A stretch of 64,000 nt of DNA from an uncultured beta proteobacterium. GTDB taxonomy: Bacteria; Pseudomonadota; Gammaproteobacteria; Burkholderiales; Burkholderiaceae_C. The stretch lies in NCBI GenBank assembly GCA_903875275.1, contig CAIQVX010000098.1, positions 762-64,761 of the forward strand, given 5' to 3'. Made by a program: the position numbers and the translations under genes. This document shows positions 41,608-50,696 of the stretch, piece by piece (within the stretch, counting starts at the first letter, position 1; every line of letters starts with the position of its first letter). The notes under the pieces were generated by a model. It did not search any database. It saw only the letters and a program-made list of their open reading frames with translations, and was not told the origin of the DNA.

Positions 41608-43908
41608 ATGACCAAACCAGGAAATTTGTCATGCCAACCCAATTGGGTGTCGCTGGCGAGCGTACTTCTGCTAGGCCTGTCCATGCTGTTCGCCGCAACG
41701 CCGGCAGATTCCAAGTCGCGCAGTTCAAAGGCAGACAGAATCAAGGCAGCACAGGAAGTCATTGACGAGACTGACGTCCGCAAGGCACCACCCAAACAAC
41801 GCGTCGTGTCCTTCACTTTCAAACAGATGGGTGCCTGGTCCGCAATCAAACTGCGTGGCGTCGACGGTACCCAGACCCTGTCTTTCCCGATTCGTGCCGA
41901 TGAGGTCGTCGTCGCCGCCAAGCTCCGGATTGCCTACGACTACTCGCCCGCCCTGATCCCCGAACTGAGCCATCTCAAGGTCACTCTGAACGAGCGCTTT
42001 GCAACGGTCTTGCCGCTGCCCAAAGACAAGGGCGTTGGCAACACGCGCGAGATCGATATTGATCCACGCTGGTTCTTCGATATGAACTTTCTTCGCTTCA
42101 AACTCATCGGGCACTACACCCGCGAGTGTGAAGACCCCTTTCATTCCTCGCTCTGGTTGACCCTCAGTGACCTGGGCCGTCTGGAACTGACGCTGGCACC
42201 CCTGTCAGGCGTGAACGACCTGAAGACCTTGCCCGCGCCTTTTCTTGACCGACGAGACAACGTTCCCCTGTCTCTGCCATTCGTCTTTGCCAGCAATCCA
42301 TCCTTTGGTGCGCTCAAGGCAGCCGGCGTCGTAGCGTCCTGGTTCGGCATGCAAGCCGGTGTTCGTGGCGCCCAGTTCCCGGTGCTGATCAACAGCCTGC
42401 CCGAAGGCAATGCGGTCGTTTTCCTTCAAGGCGGAAAGACCCTGGAAGGTTTCCGGGGCGCGTCGACCTCCACCATTTCAATACAGCCGCATCCTGTCAA
42501 TCCGCAGGCCAAACTGCTTCTGATCAGCGGTGGCAACGATGAGGATCTGGCTCGCGCAGCGCGCGCCATCGCCCTGTTCACGTCCACACTGGCGGGACCG
42601 TCAGTCACGGTGAGCAAGGAAACCCCGACCGCGGCCCGAAAACCCTACGATGCGCCGGCGTGGGTCCCGGTGGACCGCCCGGTGCGCTTTGGCGAACTCG
42701 CACGCCTTGAGGAACTGCGCACACAAGGCTACTTTCCGGAAGTCATCCGACTCAACTACCGCGTGTCACCCGACCTCTTCACCTGGCGCACGCCGGGCGT
42801 ACCGGTCAAGCTCAAGTACCGTGCCATACGCCTGCCGTTTCAGAAGAGTTCGAGCCTCAACATTGGCATCAACTCCAACTTCATCCGCGCTCTGGCCATC
42901 AACGAGCCCTACAAGTCGGGAGGCGAGGGGGAGTACATCAAGGACAAGACCTCACTGCGCGAGGAACTGGTGTCCCTTCCTCCTTACGGCGTCACCGGGC
43001 GGGATCAGCTTCAGTTCAGTTACTACTTTGACTTCCTGAAGGAAGGGCACTGCCGGAACATGCCGCCGGAGAACCTCCAGGGGGCCATTGATCCGGAGTC
43101 CACGCTGGATTTCAGCGAATTTCCGCACTATGTGGCCATGCCCAACCTCGCGTACTTCTCCAACATTGGTTTTCCTTTTACACGCATAGCCGACCTCGCA
43201 GAGACCGCTGTTGTCTTGCCTGACAGTCCGAATGCCGATGAAGTGGCTCTGTACCTGACGCTGATGGGCCGCATGGGTGAAGCCACTGCCTATCCAGCTC
43301 TGAGGCACGCACTGATTGGCACCTCCGATGTGGACAAAATGGCGAGCCGTGACCTGCTCGTGATTGGCTCCGCCAGGAGCCAGAACCTGATGAGCAAATG
43401 GGCGGATAGACTTCCCATGGTTCAAAACAGTGGTGACCGCTTCGTGCGCGAAGCCGATGCCGTCTGGCGCCCGGTGTATCGATGGGAACAACAGGATGTG
43501 CAGGAACCGCTGCAGCCAAAGGGCGGACTCACCCTCACCGGAATTGGCAATCTGGCCACCATGATGGCCTTTGAGTCACCTCTGGAACCGGCTCGTAGCG
43601 TGGTCTTCTTTTACGCGGACAAAGCGGGTGACCTGCGCAAGATCTCTGATGTACTGACCGACCCAGACCGTGTTCCCCTGATTCGCGGTGATTTTGCAGT
43701 GGTCGATGACAAGACCGTGAACCACACCAAAGTCAGCCGGACCTACTACTTGGGCTCGCTGCCCTGGCTCAGCAAGGTGCGCTGGTTCTTTTCGGATCAG
43801 CCGCTTCTGCTCGCACTTCTCTGCGGGTTGATCTGCCTTGTGGTGTCCGCCATCGTTTACCGCAAGCTTGGACCCGTCAACGCCAAGCGCCTGAAGAAGA
43901 TCGTTTGA
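41608..43908 (+). CDS. bcsB: Cellulose biosynthesis periplasmic subunit BcsB
   Basis: Signal region, YSPALIP, GHYTRECEDP, LPAPFLD, ASWFG, PYDAPAW, GFPFTR.ADL.ET, C-terminal TM anchor. Confidence 0.93.
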   Translation: MTKPGNLSCQPNWVSLASVLLLGLSMLFAATPADSKSRSSKADRIKAAQEVIDETDVRKAPPKQRVVSFTFKQMGAWSAIKLRGVDGTQTLSFPIRADEVVVAAKLRIAYDYSPALIPELSHLKVTLNERFATVLPLPKDKGVGNTREIDIDPRWFFDMNFLRFKLIGHYTRECEDPFHSSLWLTLSDLGRLELTLAPLSGVNDLKTLPAPFLDRRDNVPLSLPFVFASNPSFGALKAAGVVASWFGMQAGVRGAQFPVLINSLPEGNAVVFLQGGKTLEGFRGASTSTISIQPHPVNPQAKLLLISGGNDEDLARAARAIALFTSTLAGPSVTVSKETPTAARKPYDAPAWVPVDRPVRFGELARLEELRTQGYFPEVIRLNYRVSPDLFTWRTPGVPVKLKYRAIRLPFQKSSSLNIGINSNFIRALAINEPYKSGGEGEYIKDKTSLREELVSLPPYGVTGRDQLQFSYYFDFLKEGHCRNMPPENLQGAIDPESTLDFSEFPHYVAMPNLAYFSNIGFPFTRIADLAETAVVLPDSPNADEVALYLTLMGRMGEATAYPALRHALIGTSDVDKMASRDLLVIGSARSQNLMSKWADRLPMVQNSGDRFVREADAVWRPVYRWEQQDVQEPLQPKGGLTLTGIGNLATMMAFESPLEPARSVVFFYADKAGDLRKISDVLTDPDRVPLIRGDFAVVDDKTVNHTKVSRTYYLGSLPWLSKVRWFFSDQPLLLALLCGLICLVVSAIVYRKLGPVNAKRLKKIV

Positions 43909-43915
43909 TCCGGTC

Positions 43916-44425
43916 ATGCGACACGCCCTGACCTTGGCCACTCTGACGCTGGCTCTGGCCACCGCAGCAGGACCGGGCCACTCGGCCGACGATCTTGCGA
44001 CCAGTCAACTGGTCGATCAGGCGCGCCACTGGCAGCAAAAGCGCCGGGACGACCTGGCTTCCGAGGTCTGGCGCAGATTGCTACTGCTCGACCCGAAGCA
44101 CGCCGAGGCCCTGGTCCAGCTGGGACTCATTGAAGCCCGAGCCGGCCACCTGGCAGAGGCCGAGGCGCTGTTGACGCGGGCCAGGGCTTTAGCTCCACCG
44201 CCTGGTGGCGTAACTCAGTTGGCCGCCACCCTGAGCACCGCCAAAGGAGAGCCCGTCAGCACTGCCACAGTGGTTCCCCCACGACAAACACGCCCGGGAC
44301 CAGCTAAACTGCCGGCATCCGCAAAACCTGCGGCCCGCGCCATCGAGCCCGGCACAACTACAACCGATCCGACAATGAATTTCTCCACCTCACTGGACCC
44401 ACTGCGCGTGAAACCACAGCCCTGA
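43916..44425 (+). CDS. Short exported TPR protein resembling the BcsC N-terminus
   Basis: Signal peptide, LVDQARHWQ...DDLASEVWRRLLLLDP.H.EAL (BcsC-like first TPR), Pro/Thr-rich tail; only 169 aa, no beta-barrel. Confidence 0.65.
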   Translation: MRHALTLATLTLALATAAGPGHSADDLATSQLVDQARHWQQKRRDDLASEVWRRLLLLDPKHAEALVQLGLIEARAGHLAEAEALLTRARALAPPPGGVTQLAATLSTAKGEPVSTATVVPPRQTRPGPAKLPASAKPAARAIEPGTTTTDPTMNFSTSLDPLRVKPQP

Positions 44426-44443
44426 GTCCACCGAAAAACGCTT

Positions 44444-45193
44444 ATGCAAGTTCTCGCATTCATTTCCGGAAAAGGTGGAGTTGGCAAGACCACACTCGCG
44501 GTCAACGTCGCCGTCGCTCTGGCTCAGCGAAAGCAGCGCGTCCTGCTGATCGATCTTGACCCACAGAACGCGCAGCGCCTGCATCTGGGAATGAACCCCG
44601 ATGAAATTGCGGGTCTGACCCGAGAGGGCATCTCGCACAGTTCCATTTTTGACAGCCCCTTCGGAATTCAGTTCATTCCTTTCGGACGCATCAGCGAGGC
44701 TGAACTGGAGGAGTTTGAAGCCGAACTCAAGAAGCACCCCAGCTGGGTTGCGGATGGCATCAACTCGCTCACCACTGACTCTTTTGATTTTGTTATTCTG
44801 GACACGCCACCTGGGCCCACGGTCTACCTGCAACAGGCCCTGGAGGCAGCGAACCGGGCTCTGGTTGTGGTGCTGGCGGATGCCGCCTCGTACGCCACCC
44901 TGCCCAAGATCACGTCACTGGTCAGCCAGTACACGGCTGAGCGCACCGATTTCGCCGGAATCAATCTGCTGATCAACCAGATGCCGATCCACAACAAGTT
45001 GGGGCATCAGGTGCGCACCGCCCTGTACACCAACTACGCGGACCAGTTGGTGCCGGTCGCAATCCACAAAGACCCGCGCGTATCGCAGGCGCTGGGCTTT
45101 GAGCGCCCTGTGCTGCAATACGAGCCCGGCTGCAAAGCCAGCCTGGACATTCAGAGCGTGGCGGACTGGCTGCTTGACAGCATGGAGCAATGA
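44444..45193 (+). CDS. bcsQ: BcsQ/WssJ-like MinD-family ATPase, copy 2
   Basis: KGGVGKTT, DLDPQNAQRLHLG, IPFG, DTPPG, ADAASY. Confidence 0.85.
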   Translation: MQVLAFISGKGGVGKTTLAVNVAVALAQRKQRVLLIDLDPQNAQRLHLGMNPDEIAGLTREGISHSSIFDSPFGIQFIPFGRISEAELEEFEAELKKHPSWVADGINSLTTDSFDFVILDTPPGPTVYLQQALEAANRALVVVLADAASYATLPKITSLVSQYTAERTDFAGINLLINQMPIHNKLGHQVRTALYTNYADQLVPVAIHKDPRVSQALGFERPVLQYEPGCKASLDIQSVADWLLDSMEQ

Positions 45194-45211
45194 CCCTGTG
45201 GTGCTCGAAGT

Positions 45212-46597
45212 ATGGTCTTTAGCTCAAACATCTTCCTTTTCGCCTTTCTGCCGCTCTTTCTTGCCTGCTATTACCTGACCCCCTGGCGTGCCAGATCGGC
45301 GCTGATTCTGACCTTTAGCTGGGCGTTTTACGCCTGGTGGCGGCCCGACTTTCTGGCCCTGCTGGTGGGCGTTACTGCCGTCAGCTACGGTTTTGCCCTG
45401 GCCATTGGCGCCAGCAGCGAGCAAGCGCAGCGCTATCGCCTGCTCAGCGCCGGAGTCACCCTGAACCTGCTGGCCCTGGCTTATTTCAAGTACGCCAATT
45501 TCGGTGTCGAGACCCTGAATGCCGCACTGCTTGCGCTTGGTTTCAACGCCGTCGCGTTCACCCACGTGCTGCTTCCGATCGGCCTGTCGTTCTACATCTT
45601 TCACGCCATCAGTTACCTGGTTGACATCTACCGCCGCGAAGCCCCTCCGGCGCGCAATTTTGTTGACTTTGCTGCTTTTATTGCGCTGTTTCCCCACCTG
45701 GTAGCGGGACCCGTGTTGCGCTACCACCTGCTGGCAGAACAGTTCCGAAGCCGCGTCCACTCGTTCGGAAACTTTTCGCGTGGCTGTGTTGTCTTCATGG
45801 TCGGCTTCTGCAAGAAGGTCCTGATCGCAGACAGCGTGGCACCGCTGGTGGACGCCGCCTTCTCTGCGCCCGTGCCAACCCTGGCAGACGCCTGGCTCGG
45901 CGCAGCCGCTTACACGATCCAGCTTTTCTTTGATTTCAGCGGCTACACCGACATGGCCATCGGCCTGGCCCTGATGATCGGGTTTGTCTTCCCTGAGAAC
46001 TTCAACGATCCCTATGTGTCCCGCTCCATCACCGAGTTCTGGAAGCGCTGGCACATGTCGCTGTCCAACTGGCTGCGCGAATACCTGTATGTCTCGCTGG
46101 GCGGCAACCGCAAGGGTTTGTTGCGCACCTACGTCAATCTGTTCCTCACCATGCTGCTGGGCGGTCTGTGGCATGGCGCCAACTGGACCTTTGTGCTGTG
46201 GGGTGCGTGGCACGGCGGCGTTCTGATACTGGAGCGCTACTGGCAGCAACGCTGGGGCGCCCCGATACTGCCCGAATGGCTGCGCGTCATCAAAACCATG
46301 CTTCTGGTCATTTTCGGCTGGGTGCTGTTCCGGGCGGCCGATCTGGCTGGAGCCGGGCGGATGTTCGCCGGGATGGTGGGCGCCCACGGCATGGCGTTCA
46401 GTCCATCGGTGGCCTGGCAGGTCACACCCGACCGGCTCATGGTGCTGTTGATCGGCGTGCTGCTGGTGTACGCCATGCCATGGCTCAAGCGCCAGGGTGG
46501 CGCCCACCTGCGTTACCTGCTTCTGCCCCTATTCCTCTGGGCCGTGGCAACGCTGTCGGCACAGTCGTTTACGCCCTTCCTCTACTTTCAGTTCTGA
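45212..46597 (+). CDS. algI: MBOAT O-acetyltransferase (AlgI/WssH family)
   Basis: MVFSS..FLF.FLP, LPIGLSFYIF, DFSGYTDMAIG, EFWKRWHMSLS, GLWHGANW. Confidence 0.93.
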   Translation: MVFSSNIFLFAFLPLFLACYYLTPWRARSALILTFSWAFYAWWRPDFLALLVGVTAVSYGFALAIGASSEQAQRYRLLSAGVTLNLLALAYFKYANFGVETLNAALLALGFNAVAFTHVLLPIGLSFYIFHAISYLVDIYRREAPPARNFVDFAAFIALFPHLVAGPVLRYHLLAEQFRSRVHSFGNFSRGCVVFMVGFCKKVLIADSVAPLVDAAFSAPVPTLADAWLGAAAYTIQLFFDFSGYTDMAIGLALMIGFVFPENFNDPYVSRSITEFWKRWHMSLSNWLREYLYVSLGGNRKGLLRTYVNLFLTMLLGGLWHGANWTFVLWGAWHGGVLILERYWQQRWGAPILPEWLRVIKTMLLVIFGWVLFRAADLAGAGRMFAGMVGAHGMAFSPSVAWQVTPDRLMVLLIGVLLVYAMPWLKRQGGAHLRYLLLPLFLWAVATLSAQSFTPFLYFQF

Positions 46598-46604
46598 GTC
46601 TGAC

Positions 46605-47738
46605 ATGGCTGACCCCGATTTGACAGACAGGCATGCCACCGCACCGTCGCGCTATGGCGCCCTGGCAGCACTCACGTTTTCTTGCGTCATGCTCGCCGGC
46701 GCCTGGCAAATCATTGCCGCCGCTACCGGCGCGGCCACATTGGAGTTTCCACGCAACTGGCTCGACTTCCGTGAAGGGCGCAGCACGGGTGCACTTGAAA
46801 AGCAGCTTGACCAGAAACTGCCGGCTCGCCCGGCGCTGATCAATGCCGCCAACAGCGTGCGCTACCTGCTGACCGGCAGTGGGGGCGAACAGGTCCGGAC
46901 CGGTCGCGATGGCTGGCTGTTTCTGACGGAGGAACTGCGATTTGATGCCAACGGAAGCACTCACCTGAAAACACGTGCGCAGTTGTTGGGTACCGCCGGG
47001 CGCAGTCTGGAGCGCCAGGGGGTCAAACTGGTGGTGGCCCTGGTTCCTGACAAGGCCCGCTTATATGCAAACAAGTTGGCGAGCGCTCGCTATCCGGATT
47101 ACAACGCCGCCCGTTACGATGATGCCCTTAACGCGTTGCAACAGCAGGGTGTCACTGTCGTCAATCTTCTGGAGCCCCTGCGCGACGCCGCTGTCCGAGG
47201 CGAGGTCTATTACCGCACCGACACGCACTGGAACCAGAACGGCGCCAAAGTGGCCGCAAAGGCACTGGCGTTTGCCATTCAACAGTTGGGACTGGACATC
47301 GAGAAGACCGGATTCATCAGCCAGAGCGGCCCCGCAGTCGAGCGACCGGGTGATCTGATTCGGCTGATGGGGCTGGGTGACACCGCCAAAGTGCTCGGTT
47401 TGCTGCCGGATACCGAAGCTCCGGTCCAGACCCGGCAAAGCACGGTTGAGAGCACAGGGCTGTTTGGTGACAGCACTGTGCCGCTGGTCCTGACCGGCAC
47501 GTCCTACTCGCTGCGTGCCAATTTTCATGGTTTTCTGCAACAGTTCACTGCGGCCAAGGTGCTCAATGCAGCGCAGGACGGCGGCGGCTTCCTGCAAGCC
47601 ACTACCAAATACCTGCTGGACGACTCCTTCAGCCAGTCCAAACCCAAAGTGCTGGTCTGGGAGGTCCCCGAGCGCTTTCTGCAAATGCAGCTGGACAAGG
47701 AAGCCCTGTGGCTGAAGGAAGTGAAGTTGGTCCAGTAG
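46605..47738 (+). CDS. algJ: Periplasmic O-acetyltransferase (AlgJ/WssI family)
   Basis: N-terminal TM, GRDGWLF, VPDKAR, YRTDTHWN (D/H), GTSYS (Ser), VWEVPER; start ATG 46605. Confidence 0.9.
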   Translation: MADPDLTDRHATAPSRYGALAALTFSCVMLAGAWQIIAAATGAATLEFPRNWLDFREGRSTGALEKQLDQKLPARPALINAANSVRYLLTGSGGEQVRTGRDGWLFLTEELRFDANGSTHLKTRAQLLGTAGRSLERQGVKLVVALVPDKARLYANKLASARYPDYNAARYDDALNALQQQGVTVVNLLEPLRDAAVRGEVYYRTDTHWNQNGAKVAAKALAFAIQQLGLDIEKTGFISQSGPAVERPGDLIRLMGLGDTAKVLGLLPDTEAPVQTRQSTVESTGLFGDSTVPLVLTGTSYSLRANFHGFLQQFTAAKVLNAAQDGGGFLQATTKYLLDDSFSQSKPKVLVWEVPERFLQMQLDKEALWLKEVKLVQ

Positions 47739-47845
47739 GGCGTTGTTTGGCTGTGACATTAGTCCGAATGGGCTATAGACAGTCAGCTAGTACACATCTA
47801 CTATTACCGCCTGCAAGTCATTAAACCATCTGTTAGGGGACCCGT

Positions 47846-48346
47846 ATGAAGATCAAAAAACTACTCGCCGTAGCAGCACTTGCTACGCTTGGGGCGGCAA
47901 ACAGCTATGCTGACGCCCCCGTGACCTTCAATGAAGGAGTATTGACGAATCTGCTGTCCGGTCAGTACAACTGGAGTTATGCCCTTTCAGGTACCTCATT
48001 TGATGCGACTTACACTTTCTCTCTTCCAGAGGCTACCGGAATTGTGGTGAAGGTCGACCCGTACTGGGGCGTCGCACCTACGTTGGTCACATTGTCAAGC
48101 GGTTTGTCGTCGATGACGTTGGACTGGAATGCCGGGGATGGCGGCTACTACCAAGGCTACGCGCAAGGCATCGCTGGGCAGTTATTCTCGTTGCATGTCG
48201 TTGGAACCGGTTCAGCCGGCAACAGTTTCAACAATTTCGTCACGGCAGCACCAGTTCCGGAACCCGAGACTTTCGCCATGTTGCTGGCGGGTTTGGGTCT
48301 GATTGGCGCGATCACTCGCCGCCGCAACAAGACCAGTGTTGCCTGA
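47846..48346 (+). CDS. PEP-CTERM sorting-domain surface protein
   Basis: Signal peptide, Ser/Thr/Gly-rich body, C-terminal VPEPETFAMLLAGLGLIGAITRRRNK. Confidence 0.93.
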   Translation: MKIKKLLAVAALATLGAANSYADAPVTFNEGVLTNLLSGQYNWSYALSGTSFDATYTFSLPEATGIVVKVDPYWGVAPTLVTLSSGLSSMTLDWNAGDGGYYQGYAQGIAGQLFSLHVVGTGSAGNSFNNFVTAAPVPEPETFAMLLAGLGLIGAITRRRNKTSVA

Positions 48347-48372
48347 ACGACTGAAGGGTTTCGTTTTTTGTT

Positions 48373-48403
48373 AAAAGGGATTGCGTAGCGATCCCTTTTT
48401 TTT
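48373..48403 (+). terminator. Rho-independent terminator after the PEP-CTERM gene
   Basis: AAAAGGGATTGC-GTA-GCGATCCCTTTTTTTT. Confidence 0.85.
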
Positions 48404-48482
48404 GGGTGTGCGGGCTTTGCCCCTAGAATGCATTGATTGTTTGCGCTGACTGGCGCTGGTCCATCGATTCAACCTTGTTCCA

Positions 48483-49280
48483 ATGGCTTTCTTGCACTCG
48501 CTGTCAACGGAAGAACTTTATCGCTACCACAGCGTTGTTGCACAGTCGGCCGAAGTGCGCAGCCATTTTGATGTATTCAACTGGCTGCAGGGCGACATGC
48601 AGCAGTACTTGGCACACGACATCATGATTGCAGCCTGGGGTGACTTTGACAAGGGCACCGTTCAACATGACGTGATCTCAGCACTGACGGGGGTGCGCTC
48701 GCACAGTTCCAACCAGGAAGCTGTTACACCTCTGCTGCTTGGTCTATTCAGGCGTTGGACGGACTTGGGCGGCAAGCCGCTGGCCATGACTGTCGGCGAC
48801 AAGGGCTTTGCGGCTGAAGCCCGTAGTCCGTCATGCGCACTGGTCGACGCATTGCAAAAAATGCGATGCGCTCTGGTTCACGGCATCAAAGACGAGCGTG
48901 GTAACTACGACTGCCTTTATGCCAGTTTCCGAGCCAGCGAGTGCTTTGGCGAACGCGAGTGCGAGACCATGGCGGTGGTGCTACCCTACATTGACATGGC
49001 CTTGCGCCAAGTGGAACTATTGCCGCACCAGACCCATTCATCGCTGGTCATCTCTTCCCCGCTGGTCTACGATTTGCTGCAAAACCGGGGCCTGTCGACA
49101 CGGGAGGTCGAAATCCTGCAGTGGGTGGCTCTGGGCAAGACCAACCCTGAAATCGGTCGAATTCTCAAAATCAGCGAATTCACCGTAAAGAACCACATGC
49201 AGCGCATCTTCAAGAAGATGGATGTCAGCAATCGGGCGCAGGCGGTCGGACTGTTCAAGACTCTGGTAAACAATGACTAA
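48483..49280 (+). CDS. epsA: XrtB/PEP-CTERM-associated LuxR-family regulator EpsA
   Basis: WLQGDMQQYLAHDIMIAAWGDF N-terminal domain, LSTREVEILQWVALGKTNPEIG...TVKNHM LuxR HTH; position in locus. Confidence 0.85.
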   Translation: MAFLHSLSTEELYRYHSVVAQSAEVRSHFDVFNWLQGDMQQYLAHDIMIAAWGDFDKGTVQHDVISALTGVRSHSSNQEAVTPLLLGLFRRWTDLGGKPLAMTVGDKGFAAEARSPSCALVDALQKMRCALVHGIKDERGNYDCLYASFRASECFGERECETMAVVLPYIDMALRQVELLPHQTHSSLVISSPLVYDLLQNRGLSTREVEILQWVALGKTNPEIGRILKISEFTVKNHMQRIFKKMDVSNRAQAVGLFKTLVNND

Positions 49281-50694
49281 GACGCCCCAAAGTCATTTGG
49301 CCGCCTCGTTCAGCAGTTCCTCCAGGCCGGCCACGCTGGGCAAAGACAACCTGCTCAGCGTATTTGAACTGACGGTCGGTCCCTCCGCGCTGGTTTTTTC
49401 TTTGTGGGGACTGGCTTATTACTTTGAAGGGCAGGTTCATGCCTCCTACATTGTTCTTTCCATCCTGGTTTTTGCACTCACGTTTCCCGGGCATGCAAGG
49501 TTGCAATCGTCAGTATTTTCGGGGCTGGCAAGCGTCCTGCTCACCTGGAGTTGGATTGCCGGCCTGCTGATGTTTATCGGCATCGCTTCTGGTTTTATCC
49601 ACGAGTATTCAAGGTCGGTTCTGTACACGTGGCTTTGGGTAGCGCCGCTGGCCGAATTTGGTGTCTGCCTGGTGTTGCGGGCAGCAGCGCCAATGCTGCT
49701 CAGAATGCAAGGCCCCCTGCGGCGCGCGATCATTGTCGGAATGAATGATCAGGGCTTGGCTCTGGCTGCCCGGATCAGCGAAGCCCACTACGCCCGAACG
49801 GAACTTGTGGGCTTTGTCGATGACCGACAGACACAGCGCCTCAATTACACCGGGGACTACAAGCTTCTGGGTACGCAGGAACAACTTCTCAGCTTCGTGA
49901 AGTCCGAGAGCATACAGGTCATCTACCTTTCGCTGCCGATGGCGTCACAGCCGCGCATCCTGCATATCCTCGACGAGCTCAAGGACACGACAGCGTCAAT
50001 TTACTTTGTGCCGGACATGTTTGTCACCGACTTGATTCAGGCGCATCCTGATTCGGTCTGCGGCATGCCTGTGATTTCGGTGTGCGAGACGCCTTTCAAG
50101 GGCACCGATGGCGTTCTCAAGCGCCTGACCGACATTGTTCTGGCAACGCTGATTCTGATTCTGATCTCGCCCTTGCTACTGGTCATTGCGGTGGCGGTCA
50201 AGATCGGCTCACCTGGCCCCATCATCTTCAAGCAACGCCGCTGCGGGCTGGACGGCAAAGAAATCATCATCTACAAGTTTCGCTCAATGAGCGTCACTGA
50301 AGACGGTAGCAAGATCACGCAAGCCACCAAAGACGACGCCCGCATCACCCCCCTGGGTGCCCTGCTGCGCAGAACGTCATGTGACGAGTTGCCGCAGTTC
50401 ATCAACGTGCTCCAGGGTCGCATGAGCATCGTGGGGCCACGCCCGCACGCAGTAGCGCACAACGAGTTGTACCGCAAGCTCATCAAGGGGTATATGGTGC
50501 GACACAAGGTCAAACCCGGCATCACCGGCTGGGCGCAAGTCAATGGCTTCCGGGGTGAGACAAAGACCCTGGACAAAATGCAGAGTCGCATCGACTTTGA
50601 CCTGGACTACCTGCGCAACTGGTCGGTACGACTGGACCTGTACATCATTTACAAGACCATCGGCCTGGTCATCAAAGACCAGAAGGCCTACTGA
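49273..50694 (+). CDS. Undecaprenyl-phosphate glucose phosphotransferase (WcaJ/EpsB type)
   Basis: N-terminal TMs, KRLTDI, YKFRSM, DELPQFINVL.G.MSIVGPRP, KPGITGWAQVNG. Confidence 0.95.
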   Translation: MTKTPQSHLAASFSSSSRPATLGKDNLLSVFELTVGPSALVFSLWGLAYYFEGQVHASYIVLSILVFALTFPGHARLQSSVFSGLASVLLTWSWIAGLLMFIGIASGFIHEYSRSVLYTWLWVAPLAEFGVCLVLRAAAPMLLRMQGPLRRAIIVGMNDQGLALAARISEAHYARTELVGFVDDRQTQRLNYTGDYKLLGTQEQLLSFVKSESIQVIYLSLPMASQPRILHILDELKDTTASIYFVPDMFVTDLIQAHPDSVCGMPVISVCETPFKGTDGVLKRLTDIVLATLILILISPLLLVIAVAVKIGSPGPIIFKQRRCGLDGKEIIIYKFRSMSVTEDGSKITQATKDDARITPLGALLRRTSCDELPQFINVLQGRMSIVGPRPHAVAHNELYRKLIKGYMVRHKVKPGITGWAQVNGFRGETKTLDKMQSRIDFDLDYLRNWSVRLDLYIIYKTIGLVIKDQKAY

Positions 50695-50696
50695 CC

